Source of the DNA: a virus
IMG/VR virus record: IMGVR_UViG_3300025570_000007
Reading direction: 5' to 3' (one strand)
Length of the DNA stretch: 64,000 bases
Shown here: positions 11,018 to 22,161 of the stretch, piece by piece
Position numbering within the stretch: position 1 is the first letter of the stretch
How the letters are laid out: each line of letters starts with the position of its first letter
The notes under the pieces: generated by a model
Databases searched by the model: none
What the model saw: only the letters and a program-made list of their open reading frames with translations
Told to the model about the DNA's origin: nothing
Made by a program: the position numbers and the translations under genes

Positions 11018-11431
11018 TTATGCTATCTGCTTTTGATCAGGATCTGTAGTTGGTGCTGGTGCCGGTGCTGGTAGGTCTTTAGGATTTTGAGCCGATAAAG
11101 CTTTCCTAACTATCTTATCGAAATACTCTATATATACGAAGAATGCTACTATCGTCTTATCCTTTAAGTTCCTATCTCTTTCTACTCTCATCTCATAGTC
11201 CTCCAATCCTATCTCTAACCTCTTCTCTAATTCAATTGCAATATCGTTTTGCTCTGTTGGAGTCATTTCTCCGAAAGTAGTCGGTATAAATTGAATCTTT
11301 AAACCTTTCTTTTGCGGATCTTCATTTACGTCTACCTTCAGTACGAATTGATGTCCTGCAAATTTTATTTTAGCCGCTTCACTAATTACTTTCCTTAGCG
11401 TCTCTATTATGAGTGTTTTTCCTTTTATCAT
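11018..11431 (-). CDS. hypothetical protein
   Basis: 137-aa ORF with PAPAPAP tail. Confidence 0.7.
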   Translation of the reverse strand: MIKGKTLIIETLRKVISEAAKIKFAGHQFVLKVDVNEDPQKKGLKIQFIPTTFGEMTPTEQNDIAIELEKRLEIGLEDYEMRVERDRNLKDKTIVAFFVYIEYFDKIVRKALSAQNPKDLPAPAPAPTTDPDQKQIA

Positions 11432-11653
11432 CTATTTAAGATATGAAATGTTTATATGCTTTACAAATAAATAGCTAAAAATCTTAGCCGAATAACATTG
11501 ACTTGGTATTTGACGTATCCTCATTTAGAATCTTGTGTCCAACAATCTCTCTATTTCTACAATACTCACTTATACTCTTCTTTATATTCTCTGTTAGAAA
11601 CTGGAATTCATACGTAGTTCCTGATGGTAGTGTAAACTCTACAGTGTATTTTT

Positions 11654-12835
11654 TCATAGTCTTATTAGTGTTTTTTGGTATTCGTTCATTTTCCATATAT
11701 CAATAAATAGGTTTCCTAACTGAAACTTCCCTATCTCTCCACTGTCCTTAATGATTTCAGGTAGTTTCTGTATAGTGTTAAAATCCTCTTGAGTAAAAGC
11801 TTTTCTATCTATATGTACTAAAATATCCTCTTTAGGCATCTGCTGTCCAATCACCTTTATCTTATCCTCTAGCTTAATTACAGTATTAGGTTGCTCTTTT
11901 TCTATGTAAGCAATAGTAAGTACTTGCATTTCATCATCAATGTATATACGATCACACCAAGGCTCTAAAGTCTCTAACATCTGTAAGTTACATGTCTTCA
12001 CTATAAACCCTATGTTGTACTTTGGCGGTATGATAGGTTTCATTAAAGGATCGTGTTTAATAAATGATCCCCACTTACGAATAAAGTTACGTCCATTCTT
12101 AGTTGTAGTGTATATCCATTCATCAGAATTCTTTCCTGCTGCTCCTCCTGCATGTTTATTAAACCTGGAACCTCTTGAGGTAAAGTGGTAGACTAGTCCA
12201 TCCCAGCTTTGTATAATCTTATACCCAGCTAACACAAACCTGTTAAATATGTCTGAGTCTTCTTTTGACTGAGGTGCAAAGAGTTCATCATGTCCTCCTA
12301 TTGCTAAAAAGTCTTCCTTATACATACACCAAGGTGCAAAGATACCTTCTGTTGTTTTATCTTTATTCTCTCTTTCGAAATGTCCAATTGCGTTCATTAC
12401 TCCGCCGAAGTCTATTTCATCTACCTCATTACCCCAATCTTGAGTTATCTTCTCAGGTCCAGGCGGATGTAATGGAGGCTCTATTCTTGTTGCGGATACA
12501 ACTGTTTGTGGCTTAAGGTGCTTAAGTATGTTCTTATCTAGATGAGGACCTGCTATCATGTCAGCATGAAAGGCCATAATGATATCTGTTCTAGCCATCT
12601 CTATCCCTTTATCAAACATTCCTACAATGCCTATCCGTTCCGGTCCAGGATTACTATACACAATAAGATCTTCATCGTCTTGAGCATCTATCCACTCCTG
12701 TGTTCCGTCTGTAGAAGCATCATTCAGTACTAATATCTCATGCTTAGTTAGTAAGTTACGTATTGACCTGTAAGCTAATTGAAGGAACTCTAAATTATTC
12801 CTTGACGGTATTACAAATGTTATCTTCTGTTTCAT
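11654..12835 (-). CDS. GT2-family glycosyltransferase
   Basis: FVIPSRN, NDASTDGT, HAD, EDSD motifs. Confidence 0.85.
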   Translation of the reverse strand: MKQKITFVIPSRNNLEFLQLAYRSIRNLLTKHEILVLNDASTDGTQEWIDAQDDEDLIVYSNPGPERIGIVGMFDKGIEMARTDIIMAFHADMIAGPHLDKNILKHLKPQTVVSATRIEPPLHPPGPEKITQDWGNEVDEIDFGGVMNAIGHFERENKDKTTEGIFAPWCMYKEDFLAIGGHDELFAPQSKEDSDIFNRFVLAGYKIIQSWDGLVYHFTSRGSRFNKHAGGAAGKNSDEWIYTTTKNGRNFIRKWGSFIKHDPLMKPIIPPKYNIGFIVKTCNLQMLETLEPWCDRIYIDDEMQVLTIAYIEKEQPNTVIKLEDKIKVIGQQMPKEDILVHIDRKAFTQEDFNTIQKLPEIIKDSGEIGKFQLGNLFIDIWKMNEYQKTLIRL

Positions 12836-13087
12836 AATTTCTTTGGAACTCTATTATGTACTGTATGTTTATCGTCACAAGTCATACACGTACATTTATT
12901 ATAATCTTTATACTCTTCAGGACGGTTCATATCAAAAACATATGCTACTAGTGTGCTCATATGATCTGTTGCATTACATTTTGGACAACATTCATGAGCA
13001 AGCCTGTACCCTTCTCTTAACTTCTCTGCTTTCTCACTTCTTTCCCAAAACTCTTTAACCTGTTCTTCGGTAAGTGATGCAAGGTGT

Positions 13088-13933
13088 TCATTTATGTTCA
13101 TTTCTCCATTGCTTTATGTAATCTATTATGTCTCTTTTAGGTTCCCATCCCAATACTTCGTTAGCTACTATACTATCGTTCAGAGTATCCTGAGCTTCCC
13201 CTGGTTTGTCTTCTATGTATGTAGGAGTGTTCTCAAATGCTTCTGCTATATCATTTACAGAATAATTTTTTCCTCTTCCTAATTCAAATATATACCCGTA
13301 CTTGGTTTGGTAGAGAATTTCTACTAATGCATCAACAATATCAAATACATGAGTGAAATCTCTTCTTTTTGTTCCATCTCCGTAAATCTCACAGGGTATA
13401 TTGTTCTCAATATTATGCATCCACCTACCTACTAGAGTAGTGTACCCTCCCTCAGTCAACTGATATGGTCCATATACGTTATAAAAACGAGCTATAGAGG
13501 CATTCAATCCGTAATGAGTTTGATACAGTTTGATAATATCTTCTCCCAAGTCTTTAGAGAATGAGTAAGGGTTTTCGTATCTTCCATTGTGTATTGAAGA
13601 CGAACCTGCATAAACTAGAGGAGTGTTTGTTCTAACACAGTGCTTAACTACTTCATAAGTTCCTTCAAAGTTAGTTTCAATATACTCCTCCGGTCTCAGG
13701 AAGGAGGGCTGTATCCTAGCGATTGCAGCTAAGTGGTAAATCATATCAAAATCTTTATCCATCAAACCGATGTGTGCTATATCCCCTGTATGGTAGTTAC
13801 ATCCGCCTAGTTCGTTTAATACCCTACCTGTTGAGTAGTTATCTAAGGACTCTACTTCATGCCCATCTTTTAGTAATCTCTTTATTAAATTTGTTCCTAT
13901 AAATCCTGCTCCTCCGGTTACTAGTACTTTCAT
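13088..13933 (-). CDS. NAD-dependent nucleotide-sugar epimerase/dehydratase
   Basis: TGGAGFIG, HLAA, YxxxK, RFYNVYGP, RDFTHV. Confidence 0.92.
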   Translation of the reverse strand: MKVLVTGGAGFIGTNLIKRLLKDGHEVESLDNYSTGRVLNELGGCNYHTGDIAHIGLMDKDFDMIYHLAAIARIQPSFLRPEEYIETNFEGTYEVVKHCVRTNTPLVYAGSSSIHNGRYENPYSFSKDLGEDIIKLYQTHYGLNASIARFYNVYGPYQLTEGGYTTLVGRWMHNIENNIPCEIYGDGTKRRDFTHVFDIVDALVEILYQTKYGYIFELGRGKNYSVNDIAEAFENTPTYIEDKPGEAQDTLNDSIVANEVLGWEPKRDIIDYIKQWRNEHK

Positions 13934-14155
13934 ATCAAATATTTTTTATTATTAGAACAACTACAGCAGGAATTAGCCCCCAAACAAAGTCCATCCACTC
14001 AGCAGTCCCCTTTTTTAAAAGTTTATCCCAAATAAGCTCCTTTCCTGCAAGGATTAAGACTACAGAGAAGAATCCCCACAAATTAAAAATGGGGATTAGT
14101 ATTACTGACATATACAGGCTCCCTACGAAATGGTCTTTTTTATCTTGAGCTATCT

Positions 14156-15079
14156 TCATACCGTAAACTGGTGTTTCCATTTTGATTCGTGGTAACATTC
14201 TTTATAGTTCAGTAAAGCATCATTACTACATTGCTTGTAAAATTCCTCATTTTCATTTAACTTTTTAATAAGGTACCTAGCTTCTTCTAAATCCCCATCA
14301 CTTACAGTCAAATTAGGATGACATATCTGTTGGGTATTCAAACCTTTATACCCTACACAGGGAATACCTAAATAAGCACAGTTTAGTGCAAAAGTGCCTG
14401 CAGCATGAGTCCTCATTAGGTGTACCCCTATCTTTCTTTTAGATAGTTCTGTTATCCATTCATCCCATTGTACATAGGGCAGTTTTGTGATACCTAACTG
14501 TTCCTCTCCTTCAGACCTTCTTCCCATATTAGGGGAGTATATCTCATCTGTAATACTCTTAGCAATCATAAAGGAGTCAAATCCGCCATACCAGCTTTTA
14601 AAGTTACCTCCTATCATAACTCCCGTACGTTCACTAACAGGATAAATCTTCCCTATGGGATCCTCTATCATCAGAGAAGAGAGTACTTCTACTTCGGTCT
14701 TTCCTGTAAGTCCTTTATAGTAACTTCTATCTTGTTCATTATGTACAAGTATTAAATCAGCCTCCATTAAGCTATTAAAGTAGTGTATTTGATTAGGTAG
14801 TTCATAATCTTGAAAGTACCAAAATGGACCTTCCTGCATTACAGCTACCTTCTTACACATCGGCTTAAGCTTTTTTATATTTACATACTCAGGATGATTC
14901 TTTGAATTAATTACAATTGCTAAATCGTATTCCTTCTGAGGTACTTCCTGTAAGTTGTAGTGATCAGCATTCAATGCTACCATCCATGCAAACTCTGTCC
15001 TCATGTTAGGATGATTCCTAGGAACTTTTCCCTTAAATCCCATCTCTGTAAAAAATGCTACTTCCATACGTCTTCCCAA
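14156..15079 (-). CDS. putative GT-B glycosyltransferase
   Basis: C-terminal GT-B-like segment (CAYLGIPCVG); glycan-locus context. Confidence 0.55.
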   Translation of the reverse strand: MGRRMEVAFFTEMGFKGKVPRNHPNMRTEFAWMVALNADHYNLQEVPQKEYDLAIVINSKNHPEYVNIKKLKPMCKKVAVMQEGPFWYFQDYELPNQIHYFNSLMEADLILVHNEQDRSYYKGLTGKTEVEVLSSLMIEDPIGKIYPVSERTGVMIGGNFKSWYGGFDSFMIAKSITDEIYSPNMGRRSEGEEQLGITKLPYVQWDEWITELSKRKIGVHLMRTHAAGTFALNCAYLGIPCVGYKGLNTQQICHPNLTVSDGDLEEARYLIKKLNENEEFYKQCSNDALLNYKECYHESKWKHQFTV

Positions 15080-16014
15080 GTTTTAGATTTATGATTTGGA
15101 TTGAATATATTATAACAATTCTCTTCTGAGTATTTGTTTGCTTTTACGTACCATTCGTTACTTCTTCTTTTTTGGTTTAAAGTACCTCCTGTCTCTCCTT
15201 TAATGAACTTTCTCTTCTCAGGATGATTTCTATTATGAACATTTAGTATGTTAGCTATAATGTATTGAGGCGTATCTTTTAGCAGTTTCTTAAGCATCAA
15301 CATAAAGGCTGTATCTTCATGTACAAAGAACACCGACTGCGGTATAGTAACTCCTGCTTTTATTACTTCAGAGCTTATAACTAATCCACATCCGTTAAAT
15401 TTATGATCTGTAATCATTCTTAATTCCGGACGTTCAACCTTAGCATTAATCTCATTCATCTCTTTCTTAGTCATCGTATACTTAAGTGACCACCAATTGT
15501 CATAATCGTTTTCGATAAAAGGCTTATCAGTGAAGTCAGGATGCTCTAAAGGCTTCCAAGTATTGTCCCACATCTTACATATTCCAAATGTAGCTATGTA
15601 CTTCGGTTGAACTCTTTGATGAAGAGTATCTAAAACCGTAAAGGCTTGCTTAGGTACTAACATATCAGCTTCGCCCCATACTAGTACATCAACCTCTGTA
15701 CAGTACGTATTATTAAACTCTCTTCTATAGTCTGCAATAGTTACCAGGGTGTTAGTCTCCTCTATGTTACAGTTATAGTTTAACTTGTTAAGCTTCTTAC
15801 ATTGAAAGTAGAACTTATTAAGCAGTCCTAGCATTGTAGCTTTTCTATCATCTATCTGCTCCAATTGCTGGTTGGTTACAAACAGAATATCTATCTCTAC
15901 ATTCTCTTTTCCGTACTCATCTACAGCTTCCATAAGAGTTTCTATATACTCTTCTAATACGTTTATCTCGTACCACTGTACAAGACATCCTATTGCAAAT
16001 TTTGTCTTATTCAT
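15058..16014 (-). CDS. putative GT-A glycosyltransferase
   Basis: EAD and HED motifs; context. Confidence 0.5.
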   Translation of the reverse strand: MNKTKFAIGCLVQWYEINVLEEYIETLMEAVDEYGKENVEIDILFVTNQQLEQIDDRKATMLGLLNKFYFQCKKLNKLNYNCNIEETNTLVTIADYRREFNNTYCTEVDVLVWGEADMLVPKQAFTVLDTLHQRVQPKYIATFGICKMWDNTWKPLEHPDFTDKPFIENDYDNWWSLKYTMTKKEMNEINAKVERPELRMITDHKFNGCGLVISSEVIKAGVTIPQSVFFVHEDTAFMLMLKKLLKDTPQYIIANILNVHNRNHPEKRKFIKGETGGTLNQKRRSNEWYVKANKYSEENCYNIFNPNHKSKTWEDVWK

Positions 16015-16603
16015 ATCTTAATATTATTCCTTCATTACCTGTTAGAATAAAGGAGCTTCCATCATTTCTGTTTACCTCATGACCTTTCTCATGTCCAAGG
16101 TACCTCTCAAAAAAACCTTTCTTATTTCTAAAATCATCTATAGCATGACCTACACCTGCTGATTTTGGATGAGAGTAATCGTCAAAGATTAAGTAGATAG
16201 GTTTGTCCTTAGCTTTATACTTAATAGCTCGAAGAATATCTTTTTCAACTGCTTGGTATGTATGTATACAATCCACTACAACAGCATCTAGCTCATTAGG
16301 TACATCTTTATACGTAGTATCGTTGTAAGCATCTCCTAGTATAAATGTGATATTCTCTCTTCCTTCACATATCTTCCTAGCCTCTTCGAAACTGTTTACG
16401 TTCTTCTCAACTGTATAGACCTGTTCAGCCATATAAGACAGTAGGTAGGAAGTCCATCCGTAATTTGTTCCAATCTCTAATACGTTTTTAAAATTCTTAT
16501 CCGCTGCAAACATTAAGAGATCTTCCTTCCACTTTAATGAAGTAGTGTCTTTCCATCTGAACTGCTTGTCAGGAATTCCTTCTAGTATCTCTTCTGTATT
16601 CAT
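16007..16603 (-). CDS. class I SAM-dependent methyltransferase (Methyltransf_24-like)
   Basis: VLEIGT..G, VDCIHTY, IFDDY. Confidence 0.8.
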   Translation of the reverse strand: MNTEEILEGIPDKQFRWKDTTSLKWKEDLLMFAADKNFKNVLEIGTNYGWTSYLLSYMAEQVYTVEKNVNSFEEARKICEGRENITFILGDAYNDTTYKDVPNELDAVVVDCIHTYQAVEKDILRAIKYKAKDKPIYLIFDDYSHPKSAGVGHAIDDFRNKKGFFERYLGHEKGHEVNRNDGSSFILTGNEGIILRYE

Positions 16604-17367
16604 TCTCCGTATAATTCTTTATATGTTCTTTCCATCCAGTATGCTACATGTCTAGGATTTTGAGGGATTGCATTAAAATGGTAGACCCATCCTGCTTTTG
16701 TAAAATGTAACTCATCAGAAAAATAACTATGACCTGGTAGATGTAATAGATTTTTCCTATACAAATCCTGTAAGTTGTAACATTCAGGTAGGTATTTTAC
16801 AACTACACCTTCTCTCTGCACTAGGTAGTTGATTATTGTCTGATCTGTTCCTGCTTTGATTAAAGGTTGTAGTTCGTTAATCTCTCTAAGGTTGTCTGTA
16901 TAGAAGTCTTGAACAGTTTTATAAAATCCTTTCTGTTCTTTTGTTATTATTTGAAATCCTCCGTTAAAGTATTCCCATACAGGAACGTAGGGCTGGTCAG
17001 GAAAGAGTTCATCTCCCCAACCTTTTATACTCCTAAGAGTCCATTCGTAGCATCCATTATTGAGTACGGTTGAGAACTGTTTTGCTTCATTAAAGAAATT
17101 AGGACAGTCAGGATGTATGATTGTATCTGCATCAACGATTAAGACCTTATTATACTCTATTCCATTACTTTCTAACATATCAAGTACGTAATACCTCTGT
17201 AAAGTAATCTTCATACGTCTAGGATCCATTATAGGATCAGTCCATTCTATAACTTTTACATCATCATACTGTTCAGCCCATTTCTGCCAGCTTTTAACTG
17301 AGTAGTGGTATGGAGTATTTCTCTTATCTCCTGTGTTTATATTCGGTATAAATACTATATCTGGCAT
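16600..17367 (-). CDS. GT-A glycosyltransferase (GT8/GT34-like)
   Basis: VDADT, YFNGG, DQTIIN, HF motifs. Confidence 0.75.
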   Translation of the reverse strand: MPDIVFIPNINTGDKRNTPYHYSVKSWQKWAEQYDDVKVIEWTDPIMDPRRMKITLQRYYVLDMLESNGIEYNKVLIVDADTIIHPDCPNFFNEAKQFSTVLNNGCYEWTLRSIKGWGDELFPDQPYVPVWEYFNGGFQIITKEQKGFYKTVQDFYTDNLREINELQPLIKAGTDQTIINYLVQREGVVVKYLPECYNLQDLYRKNLLHLPGHSYFSDELHFTKAGWVYHFNAIPQNPRHVAYWMERTYKELYGE

Positions 17368-18116
17368 ATATTTATTCGTTGAAATCGTTTATCAGCAGGA
17401 TTGGTATCCGATATTATCTGTAGATTCAAGTTATGAAGTTTTAACCAATCATACAACTGTTCTGTTGTTTTTATTGAATCGTTTGTATAAGTGTTTTCAG
17501 CTGTATTCGGCTTAAAATCTACTTTCTTATAATCGTATGAATGTGCTCCTGTACCTAAATCCCATCCTACTGTAACTATTTTAGTACATCCTATTAGTAA
17601 TGCCATTGGTATGGCTTGCTCATACATTATAGAAGTCCCCCACCAAGTCTTTGATTCATTTTGTAACATTAGTAGCTTATTAAAGTCAGCTGCTTTATGC
17701 ATACATTGTTCATAGGTTATTGTAGGAGGGTTAACAACCGGTACCCATAGGTCAACAGGATGTGGTTTGATTGCTAGTTTGGCTTGTTGCTCTTTTACAT
17801 ACGATTGAGACAGTCCATAGAATATGATTGTGTCTAAATGCTCATAATCATACCCGTTTACTTTATCAAAGTTATATGTGTTAACTATATGAAAATCACT
17901 CTGACCTCTTATCTTATCGTAAGCTTGTTTAATAGAGAGTATTACTATATCATCTCTGTCATAAAGCTCTGAAAGATCTTGATCATTTAAGGAAGGGCCT
18001 GGAGCTAGTATAACGGCTGTCTTTCCTTTATACTTGTCTTTCAGATAACCTCTTCTCATGTTAACTGTTAACATGTCTAGTAAACTGTCTTTGATGTTAG
18101 GTGTCTTAGAATTCAT
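17355..18116 (-). CDS. DUF115/Maf-like putative nonulosonic-acid transferase
   Basis: AVILAPGPSL and GCTKIVTVGWD motifs; adjacent to neuAB. Confidence 0.6.
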   Translation of the reverse strand: MNSKTPNIKDSLLDMLTVNMRRGYLKDKYKGKTAVILAPGPSLNDQDLSELYDRDDIVILSIKQAYDKIRGQSDFHIVNTYNFDKVNGYDYEHLDTIIFYGLSQSYVKEQQAKLAIKPHPVDLWVPVVNPPTITYEQCMHKAADFNKLLMLQNESKTWWGTSIMYEQAIPMALLIGCTKIVTVGWDLGTGAHSYDYKKVDFKPNTAENTYTNDSIKTTEQLYDWLKLHNLNLQIISDTNPADKRFQRINICQI

Positions 18117-18657
18117 AATTAAACTCCTTTATATCTTTATCGAACCAAGTCCGTACAAGTTCCTTAGAAGCATCATTGTAGTAGGTCCTATAATCTTTCT
18201 TAACTGTTATGTTTAGTTTCGGTAGGGGTGGAAGAGTGCCAGAGTATACATCTCTGCTTAACTTAGCATAATCCTCTTGTAAATTTTCATAACGAAGTAC
18301 ATGTTTAACTAAATACTTTCCACCATCATGAATACAGTCCAAATTATTCATATAATCCATACTTAGTTTTTTCTTGGCCACTAGTTGAGCTGCTATCCAC
18401 CTATTGAAGTTTTTATTCTTACTCTTGTTAGCTCCTCTTACTCTAAATTCAAATAGAGATACCATCCTGTCGAATGGATTTCTCACTATTGCTATAGACT
18501 CACACTCGTCAAAGTTGTTGTACAGTTCTCTTAATCTTTGAGCTGTCTTATGTCCTCTGAGTTTAGGCTGTACCCCTAATGCTTGGTGCATACTAGTACC
18601 GGCATTTTTAGGAATATGTACAAAGAATGTATTATGTTTTTTACTATAGTTATTCAT
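18106..18657 (-). CDS. carbohydrate sulfotransferase (Sulfotransfer_2)
   Basis: FVHIPKNAGTS (5'-PSB), VRNPFDRMVS (3'-PB), RYENL. Confidence 0.88.
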   Translation of the reverse strand: MNNYSKKHNTFFVHIPKNAGTSMHQALGVQPKLRGHKTAQRLRELYNNFDECESIAIVRNPFDRMVSLFEFRVRGANKSKNKNFNRWIAAQLVAKKKLSMDYMNNLDCIHDGGKYLVKHVLRYENLQEDYAKLSRDVYSGTLPPLPKLNITVKKDYRTYYNDASKELVRTWFDKDIKEFNYEF

Positions 18658-19336
18658 CTTCGCTTGGTTCGTTATACATTACAGGTTTTCCGTCTTTATC
18701 GTAATTTAGTATCTTACTTGATGCTAAGGAAGGTCTTGTACCTTGTTTATAATCAACCAGGCCAGGGTATCGACTACAGTCCCAATATTTGTACGGTGTT
18801 GTGTGATTCTTAACTTTTTCTTCTATCCTTAAAGCTGCCTCTCTTTCAGGCTCACTACCAAAAGTCATCTTCTTAGTATGAAACTCTCCATGAACTTCGT
18901 TAAAGTATTTGTAGGTGTCAGTTAGGAATAGTTTATCTAATAACCTATACTCTGCTCCTTCTATATCAAACTTAAGAATATTATAATCTTCCTCTTTTAA
19001 GTTCTCCACTATCCATTCAGAAAAGTCAATTGCTTGAACCTTTATGTACACGTCTTTTGATAACCTGCCTGTTGTCTTCCCAAAGAAGACTGTTCCACTC
19101 TCTGTTGAATTTGGAGATACATAGAACTTAAGTATAACATTCTCATCCCATGCTGCTCTATGATATACATGTACTTTCGGATTCTTCTTAAAATGCTCTT
19201 TTAATCTCTCTGCTAGGAGAGGTAGAGTTTCGAATGTATGTATTTCATAGTCCTCTACACCGTTCAGTATCTTCTGTAGTGCATAGTTTGTACTCTGTCC
19301 TTTGTTTGCTCCTAAATCAATAAATACCTTCTTCAT
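18650..19336 (-). CDS. FkbM-family methyltransferase
   Basis: FIDLGANKG, KFDIEGAEY. Confidence 0.85.
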   Translation of the reverse strand: MKKVFIDLGANKGQSTNYALQKILNGVEDYEIHTFETLPLLAERLKEHFKKNPKVHVYHRAAWDENVILKFYVSPNSTESGTVFFGKTTGRLSKDVYIKVQAIDFSEWIVENLKEEDYNILKFDIEGAEYRLLDKLFLTDTYKYFNEVHGEFHTKKMTFGSEPEREAALRIEEKVKNHTTPYKYWDCSRYPGLVDYKQGTRPSLASSKILNYDKDGKPVMYNEPSEDE

Positions 19337-20015
19337 ATATTTTTTCTGCTACGTTAAATTGCCAATGTTCGTCTATATCAAATGTTTCAAATTCTTCGAC
19401 TTCGTATAGGTCTAGATCTTTCTCAGGTTTTTGCCATGTTCCGCACCATTTACCTTCTCCTATTAAACTCATTCTTGAACCATATAAACAATGTGCTGCT
19501 TCTAGGACAGGTAGTGCTGCTTTGGTATTTAGTAAGTCTTGTCCCTGTGGCCATTGAGATATCATTTTCTTTGTTCCGAAGGGTTGCCAATAGAAATTCT
19601 TCTTCTTTATCACAGAAAACATTCCATCCTGTGCTCCTTCCTTCATATAACTTTCTATAAACTTTTCGATAGTTCTTACTCTAAGCATAGGATTGCATCC
19701 GCTTACCATTACTACGTAAGTGTATGGAAGTTTATTATACCATTCAAACAGAACCTGTATTCCATTATCTACGTTAGCTGACTCATGACTTCTTTTGTAA
19801 ATGTTGATTGGATACTTTTCTCCTATCTTTATCAATCCCTCTTCGTGTGCTGCTAGGTAGATTTGATCATTAGGTATCAACTCTGACTTGACTAATTTCT
19901 CTAACACAATATCAGTTAAAGTTGTTCCTGCAAAGGGCCTTACCATTTTATAAGGAACTCTTTCTGAGTTTAGTCTTGCCTGTACAATGAAGCATATATC
20001 TTTTATGTCTTTCAT
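19317..20015 (-). CDS. neuA: CMP-nonulosonic acid synthetase (cytidylyltransferase)
   Basis: QARLNSERVPYK, DID motifs; next to neuB. Confidence 0.8.
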   Translation of the reverse strand: MKDIKDICFIVQARLNSERVPYKMVRPFAGTTLTDIVLEKLVKSELIPNDQIYLAAHEEGLIKIGEKYPINIYKRSHESANVDNGIQVLFEWYNKLPYTYVVMVSGCNPMLRVRTIEKFIESYMKEGAQDGMFSVIKKKNFYWQPFGTKKMISQWPQGQDLLNTKAALPVLEAAHCLYGSRMSLIGEGKWCGTWQKPEKDLDLYEVEEFETFDIDEHWQFNVAEKIYEEGIY

Positions 20016-21064
20016 AGTTTACGTACTAGTGTATTTTTTGGAACGAAATGTTCTGTTTTTGTTCCTGTAATTTTATGTCTATCCTCCCACTTAAGTCCGT
20101 TTCCTGGGCTTATCATATGGAAGTCTTCTTCCTGTAGTAAATGTCCTTTCGCCAAGTCTTTGTTAGTTGCTAAAGATCTTTCTAGTTTTTCTCTAGCTCT
20201 TTCCACACTCTGGTCTCTGTACATTTCTACATTACCCATTGCCTGGTCGAGTGTTCTAATATCATGTACCATTTGATGAAAGGTTTCAATATCAGCTGAA
20301 CCTGCATGATCTGTTCCTTTCATATTAGTATCTAAAGTGACGTGTTTTTCTATTATCTTTGCTCCCATAGCTACTGCTGCAACAGGTATATGTGTTCCTA
20401 GGCTGTGGTCTGAATATCCTATTGTTTTGTTAACTAGCCAGGTGTTTAGGTACGTTATGGTGTTGAGGTTTATTCTTGAATATTCAGCAGGGTATTGAGA
20501 TAAGCAATGTAATACGCTTATGTTAGTTTTTTTAGCATTAATGAAGATAGTTAAAGCTTCTATTAAATCCTGCTTAGATGCCATTCCTGTTGACAGTATT
20601 ACATCATGAGGATGTTGTGCTATTTCAGTTAGTAGCGGTATATTAGTTAAGTCTCTAGATGCTACTTTAATCTTATCTATAGGAACTAATCCTAAAAGAC
20701 CCAGTGTCTTAATTGAGCAGAATGTCTCTACAAAGTCGAATCCCTTACTCTTAATATACGCTGCTAATTCAGCATGCTCTTCGTAAGACAGTTCTAAAAA
20801 TTCTCTATGCTCTCCGTAAGTTTTACCAAAACTATGTTTACCTTCGTAGGGCTTTTCCATACCCTCTTTACTAAGCTCTTCAGTTAAGTCTCTCTTGGTT
20901 AATTTAATAGCATTAACCCTATTTAACCTGTTACCTGTAATTTCATCATAAGGATACCTATCAAGCTGGTCGACAATCTTCTTGGCTATATTTATATCAC
21001 CATTATGATTCTGACCTATTTCGGCTATAATGTATGTCTCTTTATCTGCTTTTATAAAACTCAT
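20012..21064 (-). CDS. neuB: N-acetylneuraminate/nonulosonate synthase
   Basis: IIAEIGQNHNGD, STGM, HCLSQYP, GYSDH, IEKHVTLD, C-terminal SAF domain. Confidence 0.93.
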   Translation of the reverse strand: MSFIKADKETYIIAEIGQNHNGDINIAKKIVDQLDRYPYDEITGNRLNRVNAIKLTKRDLTEELSKEGMEKPYEGKHSFGKTYGEHREFLELSYEEHAELAAYIKSKGFDFVETFCSIKTLGLLGLVPIDKIKVASRDLTNIPLLTEIAQHPHDVILSTGMASKQDLIEALTIFINAKKTNISVLHCLSQYPAEYSRINLNTITYLNTWLVNKTIGYSDHSLGTHIPVAAVAMGAKIIEKHVTLDTNMKGTDHAGSADIETFHQMVHDIRTLDQAMGNVEMYRDQSVERAREKLERSLATNKDLAKGHLLQEEDFHMISPGNGLKWEDRHKITGTKTEHFVPKNTLVRKL

Positions 21065-21378
21065 ATCTCTTCTATCCTTTTAGTTCTATCACAAATTAAT
21101 AAGTCATATGGAGGCTTCTCTCCTACACTTAGGTGATGATACCTACATCCCCAAATCTTTAACTGTTCTTTAGTTAGGTGCTCATAAGTATCACGTAATA
21201 GTGTATCTACCGATCCTCTAGCTGTCCAGTATGTAATTGTATGACCTTCGTTAAACAGCTTATTGATCTTCTTTATCGCCTTTTTATCAGGTGATGCTAA
21301 ATGATACTCTCTTATACCTTTATATTGACAAATTGTTTCATCTATATCTACGTATATGTTCATTTTTTTTTCTGTCAT
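21061..21378 (-). CDS. small HAD-family phosphatase
   Basis: DIDET, WTARG, KP..D....D. Confidence 0.8.
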   Translation of the reverse strand: MTEKKMNIYVDIDETICQYKGIREYHLASPDKKAIKKINKLFNEGHTITYWTARGSVDTLLRDTYEHLTKEQLKIWGCRYHHLSVGEKPPYDLLICDRTKRIEEI

Positions 21379-22007
21379 AATGTCTCGTAGTAAGCGTTTT
21401 GCTGTTCTTGCTTATCAATTGACTTATGGTGGTACAGACACCATTCCTCTATCTTAGGTAGTGCTGAATAGGTATCGAATCCTTTAATGGTTTCGTGTAC
21501 CTTTCCTTCCCATTTAATATTCTTATTCTTTACTGAGTGATTAAACCTGTTTTTATAGATTCGGCTTTGTCTGTCCGGAAAGTTAACCCATCCGTTCTCA
21601 TCTACATGCCATCCCCACTTCTTTGTATGTTCTTCAGTTAACCCTTCTACTGTATTGATTCTTGAAACTGTAATTAAGTCTACATCTGAGTTTTCAAGTA
21701 CGTATGGAAGGTTTTCAAGTAAGAAGTAGTGAGGTAATTCATCTGCATCTATTTGGAATATAAAATCTCCTGTACAGTAGGAGCTTAGTATGTTCTTCCA
21801 TAGAGAAAAATTACCATTGAATTCTTGAGATCCAAAAACAATATCTGGGTCTTTAGAGAGGTTTTGTTCTACTAATTCGTTTCCGTTCACCTTATCGTAA
21901 AGTACTACGATCTCGTCCTCTTCTCTCTTATATTTCTTAAGGTGTAGAAGGAGTTGTTGTATTTCCCTTACTTCGGTGCAAACTGTAATTGCATATGATA
22001 TTCTCAT
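21375..22007 (-). CDS. GT2-family glycosyltransferase
   Basis: IDADE, VHE motifs. Confidence 0.85.
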   Translation of the reverse strand: MRISYAITVCTEVREIQQLLLHLKKYKREEDEIVVLYDKVNGNELVEQNLSKDPDIVFGSQEFNGNFSLWKNILSSYCTGDFIFQIDADELPHYFLLENLPYVLENSDVDLITVSRINTVEGLTEEHTKKWGWHVDENGWVNFPDRQSRIYKNRFNHSVKNKNIKWEGKVHETIKGFDTYSALPKIEEWCLYHHKSIDKQEQQNAYYETL

Positions 22008-22161
22008 AATTATAATTTAGAGTGTTTTAAAAAGGCATTATACATATCTATATCAGAAAAATGAAACCACTCATCAGCATTTTCTACTGTATCGTGTTCC
22101 ATCATCCATTTGTGAAAACTAATTGCTGTATTCTGTATGATAAGTGTACTGTCCATAACTT